A stretch of DNA of 64,000 bases from Lachnospiraceae bacterium. Lineage in GTDB: Bacteria; Bacillota; Clostridia; Lachnospirales; Lachnospiraceae. Numbering within the stretch: position 1 is the first letter of the stretch; each line of letters begins with the position of its first letter. The notes under the pieces are model-generated. The model did no database searches, was not told the origin of the DNA, and was given only the letters and a program-made list of their open reading frames with translations. This document shows positions 8,727-18,325 of the stretch, piece after piece. The translations under genes and the position numbers were made by a program. The stretch spans positions 4,999-68,998 of the forward strand of contig JAAWNY010000001.1 in NCBI GenBank assembly GCA_022799175.1, read 5' to 3'.

Positions 8727-10172
8727 ATGAAGAAAATTTTATTTGTTGCTTCAGAGGCGGTGCCATTTATCAAGACCGGTGGTCTGGCTGATGTGGTGGG
8801 TTCTTTGCCCAAATGCTTTGATAAGAAATATTTTGATGTGAGGGTGATGGTGCCCAAATATCTCTGCATCAAGGAAAAATGGCGCAACGAGATGACGTAC
8901 ATCAACCATTTTTATATGGATTATCTGGGGCAAAGCCGCTATGTGGGCATTATGCAATATGTGCTGGATGGAATTACTTTTTATTTTATTGACAATGAGT
9001 CTTATTTTAACGGGGATAAGCCCTATGGCGACTGGTTCTATGATTTGGAGAAATTTTCATTTTTTTGCCAGGCAGCATTATCTTCTTTGCCAGTGATTGG
9101 GTTTAGGCCAGATGTGGTGCATTGTCATGACTGGCAGACGGGGCTGATTCCGGTTTATCTTAAAGATCGATTCCGGGGCGGAGAGTTCTTCCGGGATATG
9201 AAATCGGTAATTACAATCCATAATCTGAAGTTCCAAGGAGTGTGGGATGTTAAGACGATACAGAGATTTTCTGGCCTGCCGGATTATTATTTTACATCTG
9301 ATAAGCTGGAGGCATATAAGGATGGCAATATGTTAAAGGGTGGGATTGTGTTTGCGGACGCGATTACCACAGTAAGTCAGACTTATGCCGATGAGATTAA
9401 GATGCCGTTTTATGGAGAAGGTCTGGACGGACTAATGCGGGCCAGATCCAATAGCCTGCGGGGAATTGTCAATGGCATTGATTATGAGGATTTTAATCCC
9501 GAGACGGACAAGCATATTGCTCAGCCGTATAATGCCAAGAATTTCCGAAAAGAGAAGGCAAAGAACAAGATGAATTTGCAGGCGCAGGTAGGTCTGCCCG
9601 TCGATGAAAAGAAGTTTATGGTAGGCATCGTCTCACGTCTTACGGATCAGAAGGGATTGGATTTGATTCAGGGTGTTATGGATGAACTTTGTTCCGAAGA
9701 TATGCAGCTGATCGTATTGGGCACTGGTGATGAGCGATATGAGAATATGTTCCGCCATTATGACTGGAAGTACCATGATCGGGTTTCTGCTCAGATTTAT
9801 TATTCAGAAGAGTTGTCCCATAAGATTTATGCCGGATGTGATGCATTTTTGATGCCGTCGCTGTTTGAACCCTGTGGATTAAGCCAGCTGATGGCGCTGC
9901 GATATGGTACAGTTCCGATTGTGCGTGAAACCGGAGGTCTGAAAGATACCGTACAACCATATAATGAATATGAGAGTATGGGAACAGGATTTTCTTTTGC
10001 TAATTATAACGCTCATGAGATGCTGGATTCTATCCGTTACGCAAAGCATGTGTATTATGAAAAGAAGAGAGAATGGAATAAAATTATTGACCGTGCTATG
10101 GCACAGGATTTCTCCTGGCAGACTTCTGCCGCCAAATATCAGGAATTGTATGACTGGCTGATTGGCTATTAA
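8727..10172 (+). CDS. glgA: Glycogen synthase
   Basis: KTGGLADV, HCHDWQT and PSLFEPCGLSQL motifs. Confidence 0.96.
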   Translation: MKKILFVASEAVPFIKTGGLADVVGSLPKCFDKKYFDVRVMVPKYLCIKEKWRNEMTYINHFYMDYLGQSRYVGIMQYVLDGITFYFIDNESYFNGDKPYGDWFYDLEKFSFFCQAALSSLPVIGFRPDVVHCHDWQTGLIPVYLKDRFRGGEFFRDMKSVITIHNLKFQGVWDVKTIQRFSGLPDYYFTSDKLEAYKDGNMLKGGIVFADAITTVSQTYADEIKMPFYGEGLDGLMRARSNSLRGIVNGIDYEDFNPETDKHIAQPYNAKNFRKEKAKNKMNLQAQVGLPVDEKKFMVGIVSRLTDQKGLDLIQGVMDELCSEDMQLIVLGTGDERYENMFRHYDWKYHDRVSAQIYYSEELSHKIYAGCDAFLMPSLFEPCGLSQLMALRYGTVPIVRETGGLKDTVQPYNEYESMGTGFSFANYNAHEMLDSIRYAKHVYYEKKREWNKIIDRAMAQDFSWQTSAAKYQELYDWLIGY

Positions 10173-10191
10173 AGGACAGGTAGAGAAGCGT

Positions 10192-10653
10192 ATGTCATTT
10201 TGGGAGCAGATATGCGGCAATGAGGTTTTAATCAGTGCAGTGATCGGTTGGATGGTAGCACAAGTGCTGAAGACATTGATCGATTTTGCATTGAATGAGT
10301 CTTTTTCTGCAGAGCGTCTGGTGGGATCCGGAGGAATGCCTAGTTCTCATTCATCTACCGTATGCGCTTTGATGACCAGTGCGGGGATTCGATATGGAGT
10401 GGAGTCTTTTGAATTTGCGATCTGTTTTATTTTGGCGTCGGTAGTGATGTATGATGCGATTGGAGTGCGTCAGGAAACCGGGAAGCAGGCAAAATTATTG
10501 AATCTGATTATGGAACAAGATTTTTTTCATCTGGATAATGAACAGTTTCAGAAACGGTTGAAAGAGTTTGTGGGACATACCCCGCTTCAGGTATTTGCCG
10601 GAGCTTTGTTGGGGATTTTGATCGCGTTTTTCGTGCACATGAAGTTTTTTTGA
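10192..10653 (+). CDS. Divergent PAP2 family (DUF212) membrane protein
   Basis: GSGGMPSSHS, VMYDAIGVR and GHTPLQV motifs. Confidence 0.88.
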   Translation: MSFWEQICGNEVLISAVIGWMVAQVLKTLIDFALNESFSAERLVGSGGMPSSHSSTVCALMTSAGIRYGVESFEFAICFILASVVMYDAIGVRQETGKQAKLLNLIMEQDFFHLDNEQFQKRLKEFVGHTPLQVFAGALLGILIAFFVHMKFF

Positions 10654-10785
10654 GCCTTTGGTCATAACCTGCTTTTTGGTGCGTTAGATATTATGTGTCA
10701 GTGCTACCTTCCGTGGATAAGCGAGTGTTTTCTTGTTCACGGAGGGTATATAGACATAATAATATTTTTAGAGGGCAGGGAGTGT

Positions 10786-11235
10786 ATGTATCAAAAAATG
10801 GAAGGAAATTATGTCTGGGTGTTTAAGGGCGAAAGGATTATTCTGCGGGGAAGGGACATTTGCTATGCGCATATGGACCAACGCAAGACGTTTGTCCATA
10901 CAGGCAGGAGAGAGTATCGCGTAGGCGGTAGTCTGAAAGATGTAGAAGAGTTGTTAAAAGATTTGCCAATAGTAAAGACACATAATGCTTTTCTTGTACA
11001 CATGGATTTTCTGGAATCGGTTAGTGTTCGGGGAGCCGTTTTAAAGGATGGAACCTTGATACCAGTCAGTCAAAATCGCTGGAAGCAGGTTCGGGAAACT
11101 GTGGAACGATATTATCAGGAATGTCATCGTGTCAGACATAAAATGCAAAAACAAGACGAAAAACTGCAAAAGAAAATATATATTGCGCAAGAGGGCTTGT
11201 CCATGAGAGAGAGTTGTGGTAATTTGGGTGCATAA
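10786..11235 (+). CDS. LytTR DNA-binding-domain-only regulator
   Basis: ICYA...RKTFVHT...SLKDVEELL...THNAFLVHMD...LIPVSQNR pattern; no receiver domain. Confidence 0.72.
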   Translation: MYQKMEGNYVWVFKGERIILRGRDICYAHMDQRKTFVHTGRREYRVGGSLKDVEELLKDLPIVKTHNAFLVHMDFLESVSVRGAVLKDGTLIPVSQNRWKQVRETVERYYQECHRVRHKMQKQDEKLQKKIYIAQEGLSMRESCGNLGA

Positions 11236-11384
11236 CATTTCTTGGCAGTGTTCTTGCTGCCAGCCATCCAAGTCCACAGGGAATCTTATCTTGATGGCGG
11301 TAAGATTCTTCTTGTCTATCTTCATTTGATACATTGGATTCGATTTGACAAATTGTCAATGACTGACAGGACAAAAGAAATCAA

Positions 11385-11413
11385 TTGACAGCCGAAAGCG
11401 GTTGTGGTAAGAT
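11385..11413 (+). promoter_or_regulatory. Sigma-A promoter of rpsO
   Basis: TTGACA-17 bp-TAAGAT with TGn. Confidence 0.75.
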
Positions 11414-11506
11414 AAGTCGGTATTAGTGACGCCGGGGCTCAGTTTTTAGGATACTCCAACCAGAAACTTGGTTTTCGGTAAGCATAAAATTTAAGGAGGA
11501 AATCTC

Positions 11507-11773
11507 ATGATTTCGAAAGAAAAGAAAGCAGCGATTATTGAACAGTATGGCAGAAAACCAGGGGATACCGGATCGCCGGAAGTACAGATTGCGATTCTGA
11601 CAGCCAGGATTGCAGAGCTGACCGAGCACCTGCAGCAGAATAAGAAAGATCATCATTCCAGAAGAGGTCTTTTGAAGATGGTAGGCCGGAGACGTGGTTT
11701 GCTGGATTATTTGAAGAAAACCGATCTGGAAGGTTATCGTGCTTTGATTGAAAAGCTGGGCATCAGAAAATAA
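11507..11773 (+). CDS. rpsO: 30S ribosomal protein S15
   Basis: [10 protein letters not shown]...[24 protein letters not shown]; the roughly 85-nt leader is the usual S15 autoregulatory site. Confidence 0.98.
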   Translation: MISKEKKAAIIEQYGRKPGDTGSPEVQIAILTARIAELTEHLQQNKKDHHSRRGLLKMVGRRRGLLDYLKKTDLEGYRALIEKLGIRK

Positions 11774-11784
11774 GTACAGATTCG

Positions 11785-11806
11785 GGGTGGAGAAGTTTCT
11801 CCACCC
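11785..11806 (+). terminator. Hairpin after rpsO (weak U-tract, probably leaky)
   Basis: GGGTGGAGAA-gt-TTCTCCACCC perfect 10-bp stem. Confidence 0.6.
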
Positions 11807-12011
11807 TGTCGTTGTTTGCGGGAGTCCGTAAAATGAGAAAAACAGAAGCTCATTATGTGAGTAATCAATGATATTTTTCAGAGGACAAGACCGAGACGAC
11901 TGCTGTACACAAAAGACAGAAAACTTAGGTCGGACGGCTTTTGTGCAGAGCAGTAGTTTCGGAGTCTTCTGGCAGATATAATGAAGGAAGAAAAGAAAAG
12001 GAGACGATGTC

Positions 12012-14102
12012 ATGTACAAAAGTTTTAGTATGGAACTGGCAGGGAGAACCCTGACAGTAGATGTGGGAAGAGTGGCCAAGCAGGCCAATGGCGCTGCCTT
12101 TATGCATTATGGGGATACGGTGGTATTGTCCACAGCCACTGCATCGGATAAGCCCCGGGAAGGGATCGATTTCTTTCCTTTAAGTGTGGAGTTTGAGGAA
12201 AAGCTGTATTCCGTGGGGAAGATACCAGGAGGTTTTAACCGCAGAGAGGGTAAGGCGTCAGAAAATGCGGTATTGACATCGCGAGTGATTGATCGTCCGA
12301 TGCGACCGTTGTTTCCCAAAGATTATCGCAATGATGTGACTTTAAATAATTTGGTGATGTCTGTGGACCCGGATTGTAGTCCGGAGTATACGGCCATGCT
12401 GGGATCCGCAATTGCGACTTGCATTTCTGATATCCCTTTTGATGGTCCTTGTGCCACAACCCAGATTGGTATGATTGATGGAGAATTTATCGTAAATCCG
12501 ACAAATGAGCAAAAAATGGTGTCAGATATGGCGCTGACAGTAGCTTCTACCAGAGAAAAGGTGATTATGATTGAAGCCGGTGCCAAGGAAGTGCCAGAAT
12601 CGGTCATGATCCAGGCGATTTTTAAGGCCCATGAGGTAAATCAGGAAATTATTAAATTTATTGACACCATTGTGGCTGAGTGTGGTAAGCCGAAACATTC
12701 CTATGAGAGCTGTGCTGTGCCAGAAGAACTCTTTGCGGCGATCCGCGAGATTGTTCCTCCGTCAGAGATGGAAGAGGCAGTATTTACTGATGATAAGCAA
12801 ACCCGGGAAGAAAATATCCGCCGGATTACCGAAAAGCTGGAGGAGGCTTTTGTGGAGAAGGAGGAGTGGCTGGCTGTCCTGGGTGAGGCAGTTTATCAGT
12901 ATCAGAAGAAGACGGTCCGCAAGATGATTTTAAAGGATCATAAGCGTCCGGACGGCCGTGCAATTACGGAGATCCGTCCTTTGTCAGCAGAGATTGATCT
13001 GCTGCCAAGAGTGCATGGCTCTGGTATGTTTACCCGTGGCCAGACGCAAATTTTGAATATTTGTACGTTAGCGCCTATGTCTGAGGCTCAAAGACTGGAT
13101 GGCTTAGACGAGAATGAGACTTCAAAGCGTTATATGCATCATTATAATTTCCCGTCTTATTCCGTGGGGGAGACAAAGCCGTCTAGGGGACCGGGACGCC
13201 GGGAGATCGGGCATGGTGCGCTGGCAGAGAGGGCATTGGTTCCGGTATTGCCAAGTGAAGCAGAGTTTCCTTATGCAATCCGTACCGTATCGGAGACTAT
13301 GGAATCCAATGGCTCTACCTCTCAGGCAAGTATTTGTGCATCTACGCTGTCTTTGATGGCTGCCGGGGTACCGATTAAAGCGATGGTTGCAGGAATTTCT
13401 TGTGGTCTGGTGACCGGAGAGAGCGATGATGATTATCTTGTATTGACAGATATACAGGGCCTGGAGGATTTCTTTGGTGATATGGACTTTAAGGTGGGTG
13501 GCACGCACAAGGGAATCACAGCGATCCAGATGGATATTAAGATTCATGGTTTAACCCGACCGATTATTGAGGAAGCGATTGCCAGAACCCGCGAGGCAAG
13601 GTTGTATATTTTAGATGAGGTGATGAAGCCAGTAATTTCCGAACCTCGGAAAGAAGTGGGCAAATATGCGCCAAAGATTGATCAGATTATTATTGATCCT
13701 CAAAAGATCGGGGACGTGGTAGGGAAGCAAGGGAGCACGATCAATAAAATTATCGAAGAGACAGGGGTAAAGATCGATATTTCTGAGGATGGCCGTATAG
13801 ATATCTGTGGTACCGATAAGGAGATGATTGAGAAAGCAAAGGAGATCATTACCAGTATTGTGACAGATATTGAGCCAGGACAGGTGCTCGCGGGCAAAGT
13901 GGTGAGGATTATGCCCTTCGGTGCTTTCGTGGAACTGAAACCAAAGAAAGATGGCATGGTGCATATTTCCAGACTGTCTGACAAACGGGTCGAGAAGGTG
14001 GAGGATATGGTAAACATCGGAGACTCTGTGACAGTAAAGGTGTTGGATATAGATAAAATGGGAAAAATTAGTCTTAGTATGAAACCAAGTGATCTGAACT
14101 AA
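12012..14102 (+). CDS. pnp: Polyribonucleotide nucleotidyltransferase (PNPase)
   Basis: RFFPL-like DFFPLSV, RRE, FTRGQTQ, SNGSTS and GDMDFKV motifs; C-terminal KH and S1 domains; downstream of rpsO. Confidence 0.98.
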   Translation: MYKSFSMELAGRTLTVDVGRVAKQANGAAFMHYGDTVVLSTATASDKPREGIDFFPLSVEFEEKLYSVGKIPGGFNRREGKASENAVLTSRVIDRPMRPLFPKDYRNDVTLNNLVMSVDPDCSPEYTAMLGSAIATCISDIPFDGPCATTQIGMIDGEFIVNPTNEQKMVSDMALTVASTREKVIMIEAGAKEVPESVMIQAIFKAHEVNQEIIKFIDTIVAECGKPKHSYESCAVPEELFAAIREIVPPSEMEEAVFTDDKQTREENIRRITEKLEEAFVEKEEWLAVLGEAVYQYQKKTVRKMILKDHKRPDGRAITEIRPLSAEIDLLPRVHGSGMFTRGQTQILNICTLAPMSEAQRLDGLDENETSKRYMHHYNFPSYSVGETKPSRGPGRREIGHGALAERALVPVLPSEAEFPYAIRTVSETMESNGSTSQASICASTLSLMAAGVPIKAMVAGISCGLVTGESDDDYLVLTDIQGLEDFFGDMDFKVGGTHKGITAIQMDIKIHGLTRPIIEEAIARTREARLYILDEVMKPVISEPRKEVGKYAPKIDQIIIDPQKIGDVVGKQGSTINKIIEETGVKIDISEDGRIDICGTDKEMIEKAKEIITSIVTDIEPGQVLAGKVVRIMPFGAFVELKPKKDGMVHISRLSDKRVEKVEDMVNIGDSVTVKVLDIDKMGKISLSMKPSDLN

Positions 14103-14126
14103 ATGCTTGTTAAAGATTAAAAAGGA

Positions 14127-14176
14127 AAAATAGCCGCCAGTATTTTGCAGGAGTGCAGAATATCGGCGGTTGTTTT
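14127..14176. terminator. Bidirectional terminator between pnp and the PHP gene
   Basis: AAAATAGCCGCC...GGCGGTTGTTTT stem with A/T tracts on both sides. Confidence 0.7.
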
Positions 14177-14185
14177 ATACTTGTG

Positions 14186-14986
14186 TTATAACGGAATGTT
14201 TTGGGGCTGACGATGATGATAGACTGTGAGATAGCGAAAGCCACAATCAATAAGAATGGCTTTTGTCCGATCAAAAGCGTGTCCGATATATTCTGGGGTA
14301 TGGGCATCCGAACCGAGAGTGATCGATTCTCCGCCTAATTGACGATAGCGTCGAAGGATATCTTCTGTGGGGTTTGGATGACTCAATCCATACTTAAAAC
14401 CGGCAGTGTTGCACTCCAGTGCGATACCTTTTTCGATCAGTGTTTTTAAAATGGGATCGATGTAGTCTTGATAGGCAAGGTAAGAGTAATTTTTGTTGGT
14501 GGCAGGACCATAACGAACTACATAGTCCAGATGACCAAAGGAGTCAAAACAGCTTAGCGTTTGGATGCACTTGAGTGAGACTTCAAAGAAGCGTTCGTAG
14601 GCGGCGCGCTCGGTTCTTCCTTGAAAGAAGCTGGGATAATAGGGATCCATTTGATCGATGAAATGGCAGGAGCCAATAATATAATCAACATCAAGAGAGC
14701 GAGTCAATTGTTCCAAATAGTCCTGAATGTGGATTTGCAGGCCCAACTCCACACCGATACCGATTCGGATGCGGTCAGAGTATTCTTCCTGCAAGCTGCG
14801 CAACTGAAAAAGGTAGGAAGAAAAATCGAGAAGAAAGATTTCTTCTGTCATACCAGTGGCATAATCATGGTGATCGGTAATGCATAATTCTGTCATGCCC
14901 AGAGAAAGACATCGTTCAACCTGGATACGGGCAGGAGTGGTGCAGTCGCCGGAAAACGCGGTGTGAATATGGGTGTCAGGGAGCAT
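14186..14986 (-). CDS. Histidinol-phosphatase HisJ-family PHP protein
   Basis: DTHIHT, ITDHHD, GVELG, GSCH, GHLD and GSDAH motifs. Confidence 0.85.
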   Translation of the reverse strand: MLPDTHIHTAFSGDCTTPARIQVERCLSLGMTELCITDHHDYATGMTEEIFLLDFSSYLFQLRSLQEEYSDRIRIGIGVELGLQIHIQDYLEQLTRSLDVDYIIGSCHFIDQMDPYYPSFFQGRTERAAYERFFEVSLKCIQTLSCFDSFGHLDYVVRYGPATNKNYSYLAYQDYIDPILKTLIEKGIALECNTAGFKYGLSHPNPTEDILRRYRQLGGESITLGSDAHTPEYIGHAFDRTKAILIDCGFRYLTVYHHRQPQNIPL

Positions 14987-15265
14987 AAAAGGGGAACCTC
15001 CTTGCTATGATATTTATTGGGATTATAGCGGATATCGGCGGAGAATGCAATGGGGGAGCGAAACGAAAATGCGCAAACTCGCTTTGCACAGATCATGTAC
15101 ATTTCTGTTTCAATGTAAAATTCGGAAACGTAAGATATTCTTAGTCTGGAATTTTATTATGTGAAAACTTGTTGAAATAGGAAGGCAGATTATGGTATCA
15201 TGAATTTGATTTTCGGTTTTATTTACTGGTAACAGAATGACAGATGAGCAGACAGGGAGAAGAGA

Positions 15266-16936
15266 ATGGTGATAAACGATATTTCAAATATGTTTGGGTT
15301 TTTAGGCGGTCTGGGGATGTTTCTGTATGGAATGAGCATTATGGCGGATGGCATGCAAAAGACGGCGGGCAGCCGAATGAGTAGCTTTCTGGGAATGCTG
15401 ACCAATAATCGTTTTTTGGCGGTTGTGCTGGGAGCATTGATCACAGCAATCATTCAGAGCAGTGGAGCGACCACTGTGATGGTGGTAGGTTTTGTCAGCG
15501 CAGGGGTTCTAAACTTGTCTCAGGCAGTAGGGGTGATCATGGGGGCGAATATTGGTACGACGATCACGGCCTGGATTGTGTCTATGAGTCAGTTGGGAGA
15601 TGCGTTTGAGATTATGAAGCCGGGCTTTTATGCGCCGCTGATTATCGGTGTGGGAGCATTGCTTTTGGTGTTTGCCAAAGGGCAGAAAAAGAAAACGATC
15701 GGCGAAATTTTGATCGGTTTGGGACTTTTGTTTACGGGTCTGGATTTTATGTCTGGTTCTATCAGCCCTTATACAGATGCACCTATTTTTGCTAAAGCAT
15801 TTGCTCTTTTGGGCGGGAATCCTCTTCTAGGAATGTTGATTGGCGCTCTGGTGACAGCGCTATTGCAGAGTTCTTCGGCTTCTGTCGGTATCTTACAGAC
15901 ACTAGCGATGAATGGAATTGTGACAACGAATGCGGCAATCTATATTACTTTGGGGCAAAATATTGGCTCTTGTGTTACAGCTATGCTTTCGAGTGCCGGG
16001 AGTTCGCGGACGGCAAAGCGGGCGGCGGTGATGCATTTGACGTTTAATGTGATTGGTGCGATTCTTTTTGGCATTTTGGGATTTATGGTATTTTCGATGA
16101 TGCCTTCTTTTGCCACAGCCAATATTAATGCGGTACAAATATCTATTTTCCATACAGTATTTAATCTGACTATGACGACTTTGCTGTTTCCTTTTGGGGA
16201 TCAGCTTGTGAAGCTGTCAGGAATTGTAGTAAAAGAAAAAGAGGAGGAAGGCACTGCCTGGGATCAGGAGGCAGCAGCAACTTTGAGACATTTGGATGAG
16301 CGTATTTTTGAATCTCCGGCATTTGCCGTGGAGACGGCGGCGTTGGAGGTGGTTCACATGGGGCAGATTACGATGAAAAATGTCAAACGAGCTCTGGATG
16401 CTGTTCTTACGGGCAATCTGGAGGAAGTTGAGGATGTGTATAAAACAGAAAAAACCATAGATAATATGGAAAAGATGTTGACGGAGTATCTGATTAAGGT
16501 GGATAATCTTTCTTTGACGGAACGGCAAAAACGGATTGTCAATAACTTGTTCTACAGTGTCAGTGATATTGAGCGGATTGGCGATCATGCAGAAAATATG
16601 GCGGAGCAGGCAGAATATCTGGTACAGCATAAGTTGGATTTCACGGAGACGGGAATGAGGGATCTAAAGAACATCAGTGACAGTGTGATTCAGTCTTTTC
16701 AGTATGCTATTAATGCCAGACAGACTGGCAATATGGATTCTGTGCGCAAGGTAAGTCAATATGAGGACGATGTGGATAATCAGGAAGAGGAATTGCGGGA
16801 GAAACATATTGAACGTCTTTCTGCGGGGCGATGTGAACCTTCTGCCGGCGTAGTATTCCTGGATATTCTCAGTAATCTGGAGCGTATTTCCGATCATGCT
16901 TACAATATAGCTGGTTATGTCAAAGATGAACTGTAA
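15266..16936 (+). CDS. Na/Pi cotransporter family protein with PhoU-like C-terminus
   Basis: Repeated QSS motifs (IQSSGATT, LQSSSAS), GANIGTT and GQNIGS; two LERIGDHA-type PhoU repeats. Confidence 0.92.
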   Translation: MVINDISNMFGFLGGLGMFLYGMSIMADGMQKTAGSRMSSFLGMLTNNRFLAVVLGALITAIIQSSGATTVMVVGFVSAGVLNLSQAVGVIMGANIGTTITAWIVSMSQLGDAFEIMKPGFYAPLIIGVGALLLVFAKGQKKKTIGEILIGLGLLFTGLDFMSGSISPYTDAPIFAKAFALLGGNPLLGMLIGALVTALLQSSSASVGILQTLAMNGIVTTNAAIYITLGQNIGSCVTAMLSSAGSSRTAKRAAVMHLTFNVIGAILFGILGFMVFSMMPSFATANINAVQISIFHTVFNLTMTTLLFPFGDQLVKLSGIVVKEKEEEGTAWDQEAAATLRHLDERIFESPAFAVETAALEVVHMGQITMKNVKRALDAVLTGNLEEVEDVYKTEKTIDNMEKMLTEYLIKVDNLSLTERQKRIVNNLFYSVSDIERIGDHAENMAEQAEYLVQHKLDFTETGMRDLKNISDSVIQSFQYAINARQTGNMDSVRKVSQYEDDVDNQEEELREKHIERLSAGRCEPSAGVVFLDILSNLERISDHAYNIAGYVKDEL

Positions 16937-17043
16937 CGAGTAAGGAATAGAACTTTTGACTTGTATTGAAAAAAGTAGCGATACAGATGCCGGAACGATT
17001 GCGAAAAAGATTCATAAATACAGGTAAAATGGCAAAAAACCTC

Positions 17044-17072
17044 TTGCTATTTTGTCCATAATTGGGTAAAAT
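17044..17072 (+). promoter_or_regulatory. Sigma-A promoter of gap
   Basis: TTGCTA-17 bp-TAAAAT. Confidence 0.7.
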
Positions 17073-17083
17073 AGGAATCAGGG

Positions 17084-17119
17084 TTGATTATAATTTAACA
17101 ATCAATAATTTTTTAACAA
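17084..17119. promoter_or_regulatory. Putative tandem Rex operator(s) just downstream of the gap +1
   Basis: TTGATTATAATTTAACAA has 2 mismatches to TTGTTAA-N4-TTAACAA; a weaker adjacent copy TCAATAATTTTTTAACAA follows. Confidence 0.55.
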
Positions 17120-17136
17120 TCTAGGAGGAATTGATT

Positions 17137-18165
17137 ATGGCAGTAAAAGTAGCAATCAATGGTTTTGGACGTATTGGCCGTCTGGCATTCAGACAGATGT
17201 TCGGAGCTGAGGGATATGAGGTTGTAGCGATCAACGATCTGACAGATCCGAAGATGCTGGCTCACCTGTTGAAGTATGATACTGCTCAGGGTGGATATGC
17301 CGGCCATATCGGCGAGGGCAAGCATACCGTTGAGGCTGGTGAAGACTCCATTACCGTAGATGGAAAGACCATCCGGATTTACGCAGAGAAAGACGCTGCC
17401 AATCTTCCGTGGGGCGAGATTGGTGTTGACGTAGTTCTGGAATGTACCGGCTTCTACACCTCCAAGGCGAAATCCCAGGCTCATATTGATGCTGGCGCTA
17501 AGAAGGTTGTTATCTCCGCACCGGCGGGCAATGATCTGCCGACCATCGTATTCAGCGTAAATGAGGATACTCTGACTAAGGATGACACCATCATTTCCGC
17601 AGCTTCTTGCACCACCAACTGCCTGGCTCCTATGGCAAAGGCTCTGAACGATTACGCTCCGATTCAGTCTGGTATTATGAGCACCATCCATGCTTATACC
17701 GGAGATCAGATGATTCTGGATGGCCCACACAGAAAGGGTGATTTAAGAAGAGCAAGAGCTGGTGCAGCAAACATCGTTCCCAACTCTACCGGCGCAGCAA
17801 AGGCAATCGGTCTGGTTATTCCGGAGTTAAATGGCAAGCTGATCGGTTCTGCACAGCGTGTTCCGGTTCCGACTGGTTCCACCACCATTTTGACTGCAGT
17901 TGTTAAGGGCGCTGATGTGACCAAGGAAGGCATTAATGCTGCTATGAAGGCGGCTGCTTCCGAGTCCTATGGCTACAACGAGGATCCGATTGTTTCTTCT
18001 GATGTGATCGGCATGAAGTATGGTTCCCTGTTCGATGCTACCCAGACCATGGTTGCTAAGATCGCAGATGATCTGTATGAGGTTCAGGTAGTTTCATGGT
18101 ACGACAATGAGAATTCCTATACCAGCCAGATGGTAAGAACCATTAAGTACTTCGCTGAACTGTAA
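17137..18165 (+). CDS. gap: Glyceraldehyde-3-phosphate dehydrogenase, type I
   Basis: [19 protein letters not shown] and WYDNE motifs. Confidence 0.98.
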   Translation: MAVKVAINGFGRIGRLAFRQMFGAEGYEVVAINDLTDPKMLAHLLKYDTAQGGYAGHIGEGKHTVEAGEDSITVDGKTIRIYAEKDAANLPWGEIGVDVVLECTGFYTSKAKSQAHIDAGAKKVVISAPAGNDLPTIVFSVNEDTLTKDDTIISAASCTTNCLAPMAKALNDYAPIQSGIMSTIHAYTGDQMILDGPHRKGDLRRARAGAANIVPNSTGAAKAIGLVIPELNGKLIGSAQRVPVPTGSTTILTAVVKGADVTKEGINAAMKAAASESYGYNEDPIVSSDVIGMKYGSLFDATQTMVAKIADDLYEVQVVSWYDNENSYTSQMVRTIKYFAEL

Positions 18166-18186
18166 TTAGAGGGCAGAGAAAAGCTC

Positions 18187-18224
18187 AAGCGGGGTCCGGT
18201 CTTGACAGGGACCGGATCCCGCTT
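18187..18224 (+). terminator. Stem-loop after gap
   Basis: AAGCGGGGTCCGGTC/GACCGGATCCCGCTT 15-bp stem with a short T tail. Confidence 0.65.
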
Positions 18225-18325
18225 TGTGGTATGAAACATTTGATAAGTAAAGTGATGGTTCCAATATCAGAATGATTATAAAACCGGTAGGATTTGTATA
18301 AGTTGAGAAAGGGGCATTGACAGAT

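Noticed and set aside
11041-11374. Minus-strand 97- and 80-aa ORFs, or an AgrD-like peptide near the LytTR gene
   Set aside because: They overlap the LytTR ORF, have no clear RBS, and show no AgrD-like Cys-ring pattern or nearby agrB.
17113-17730. 205-aa minus-strand ORF
   Set aside because: Typical antisense ORF of the highly codon-biased gap gene.
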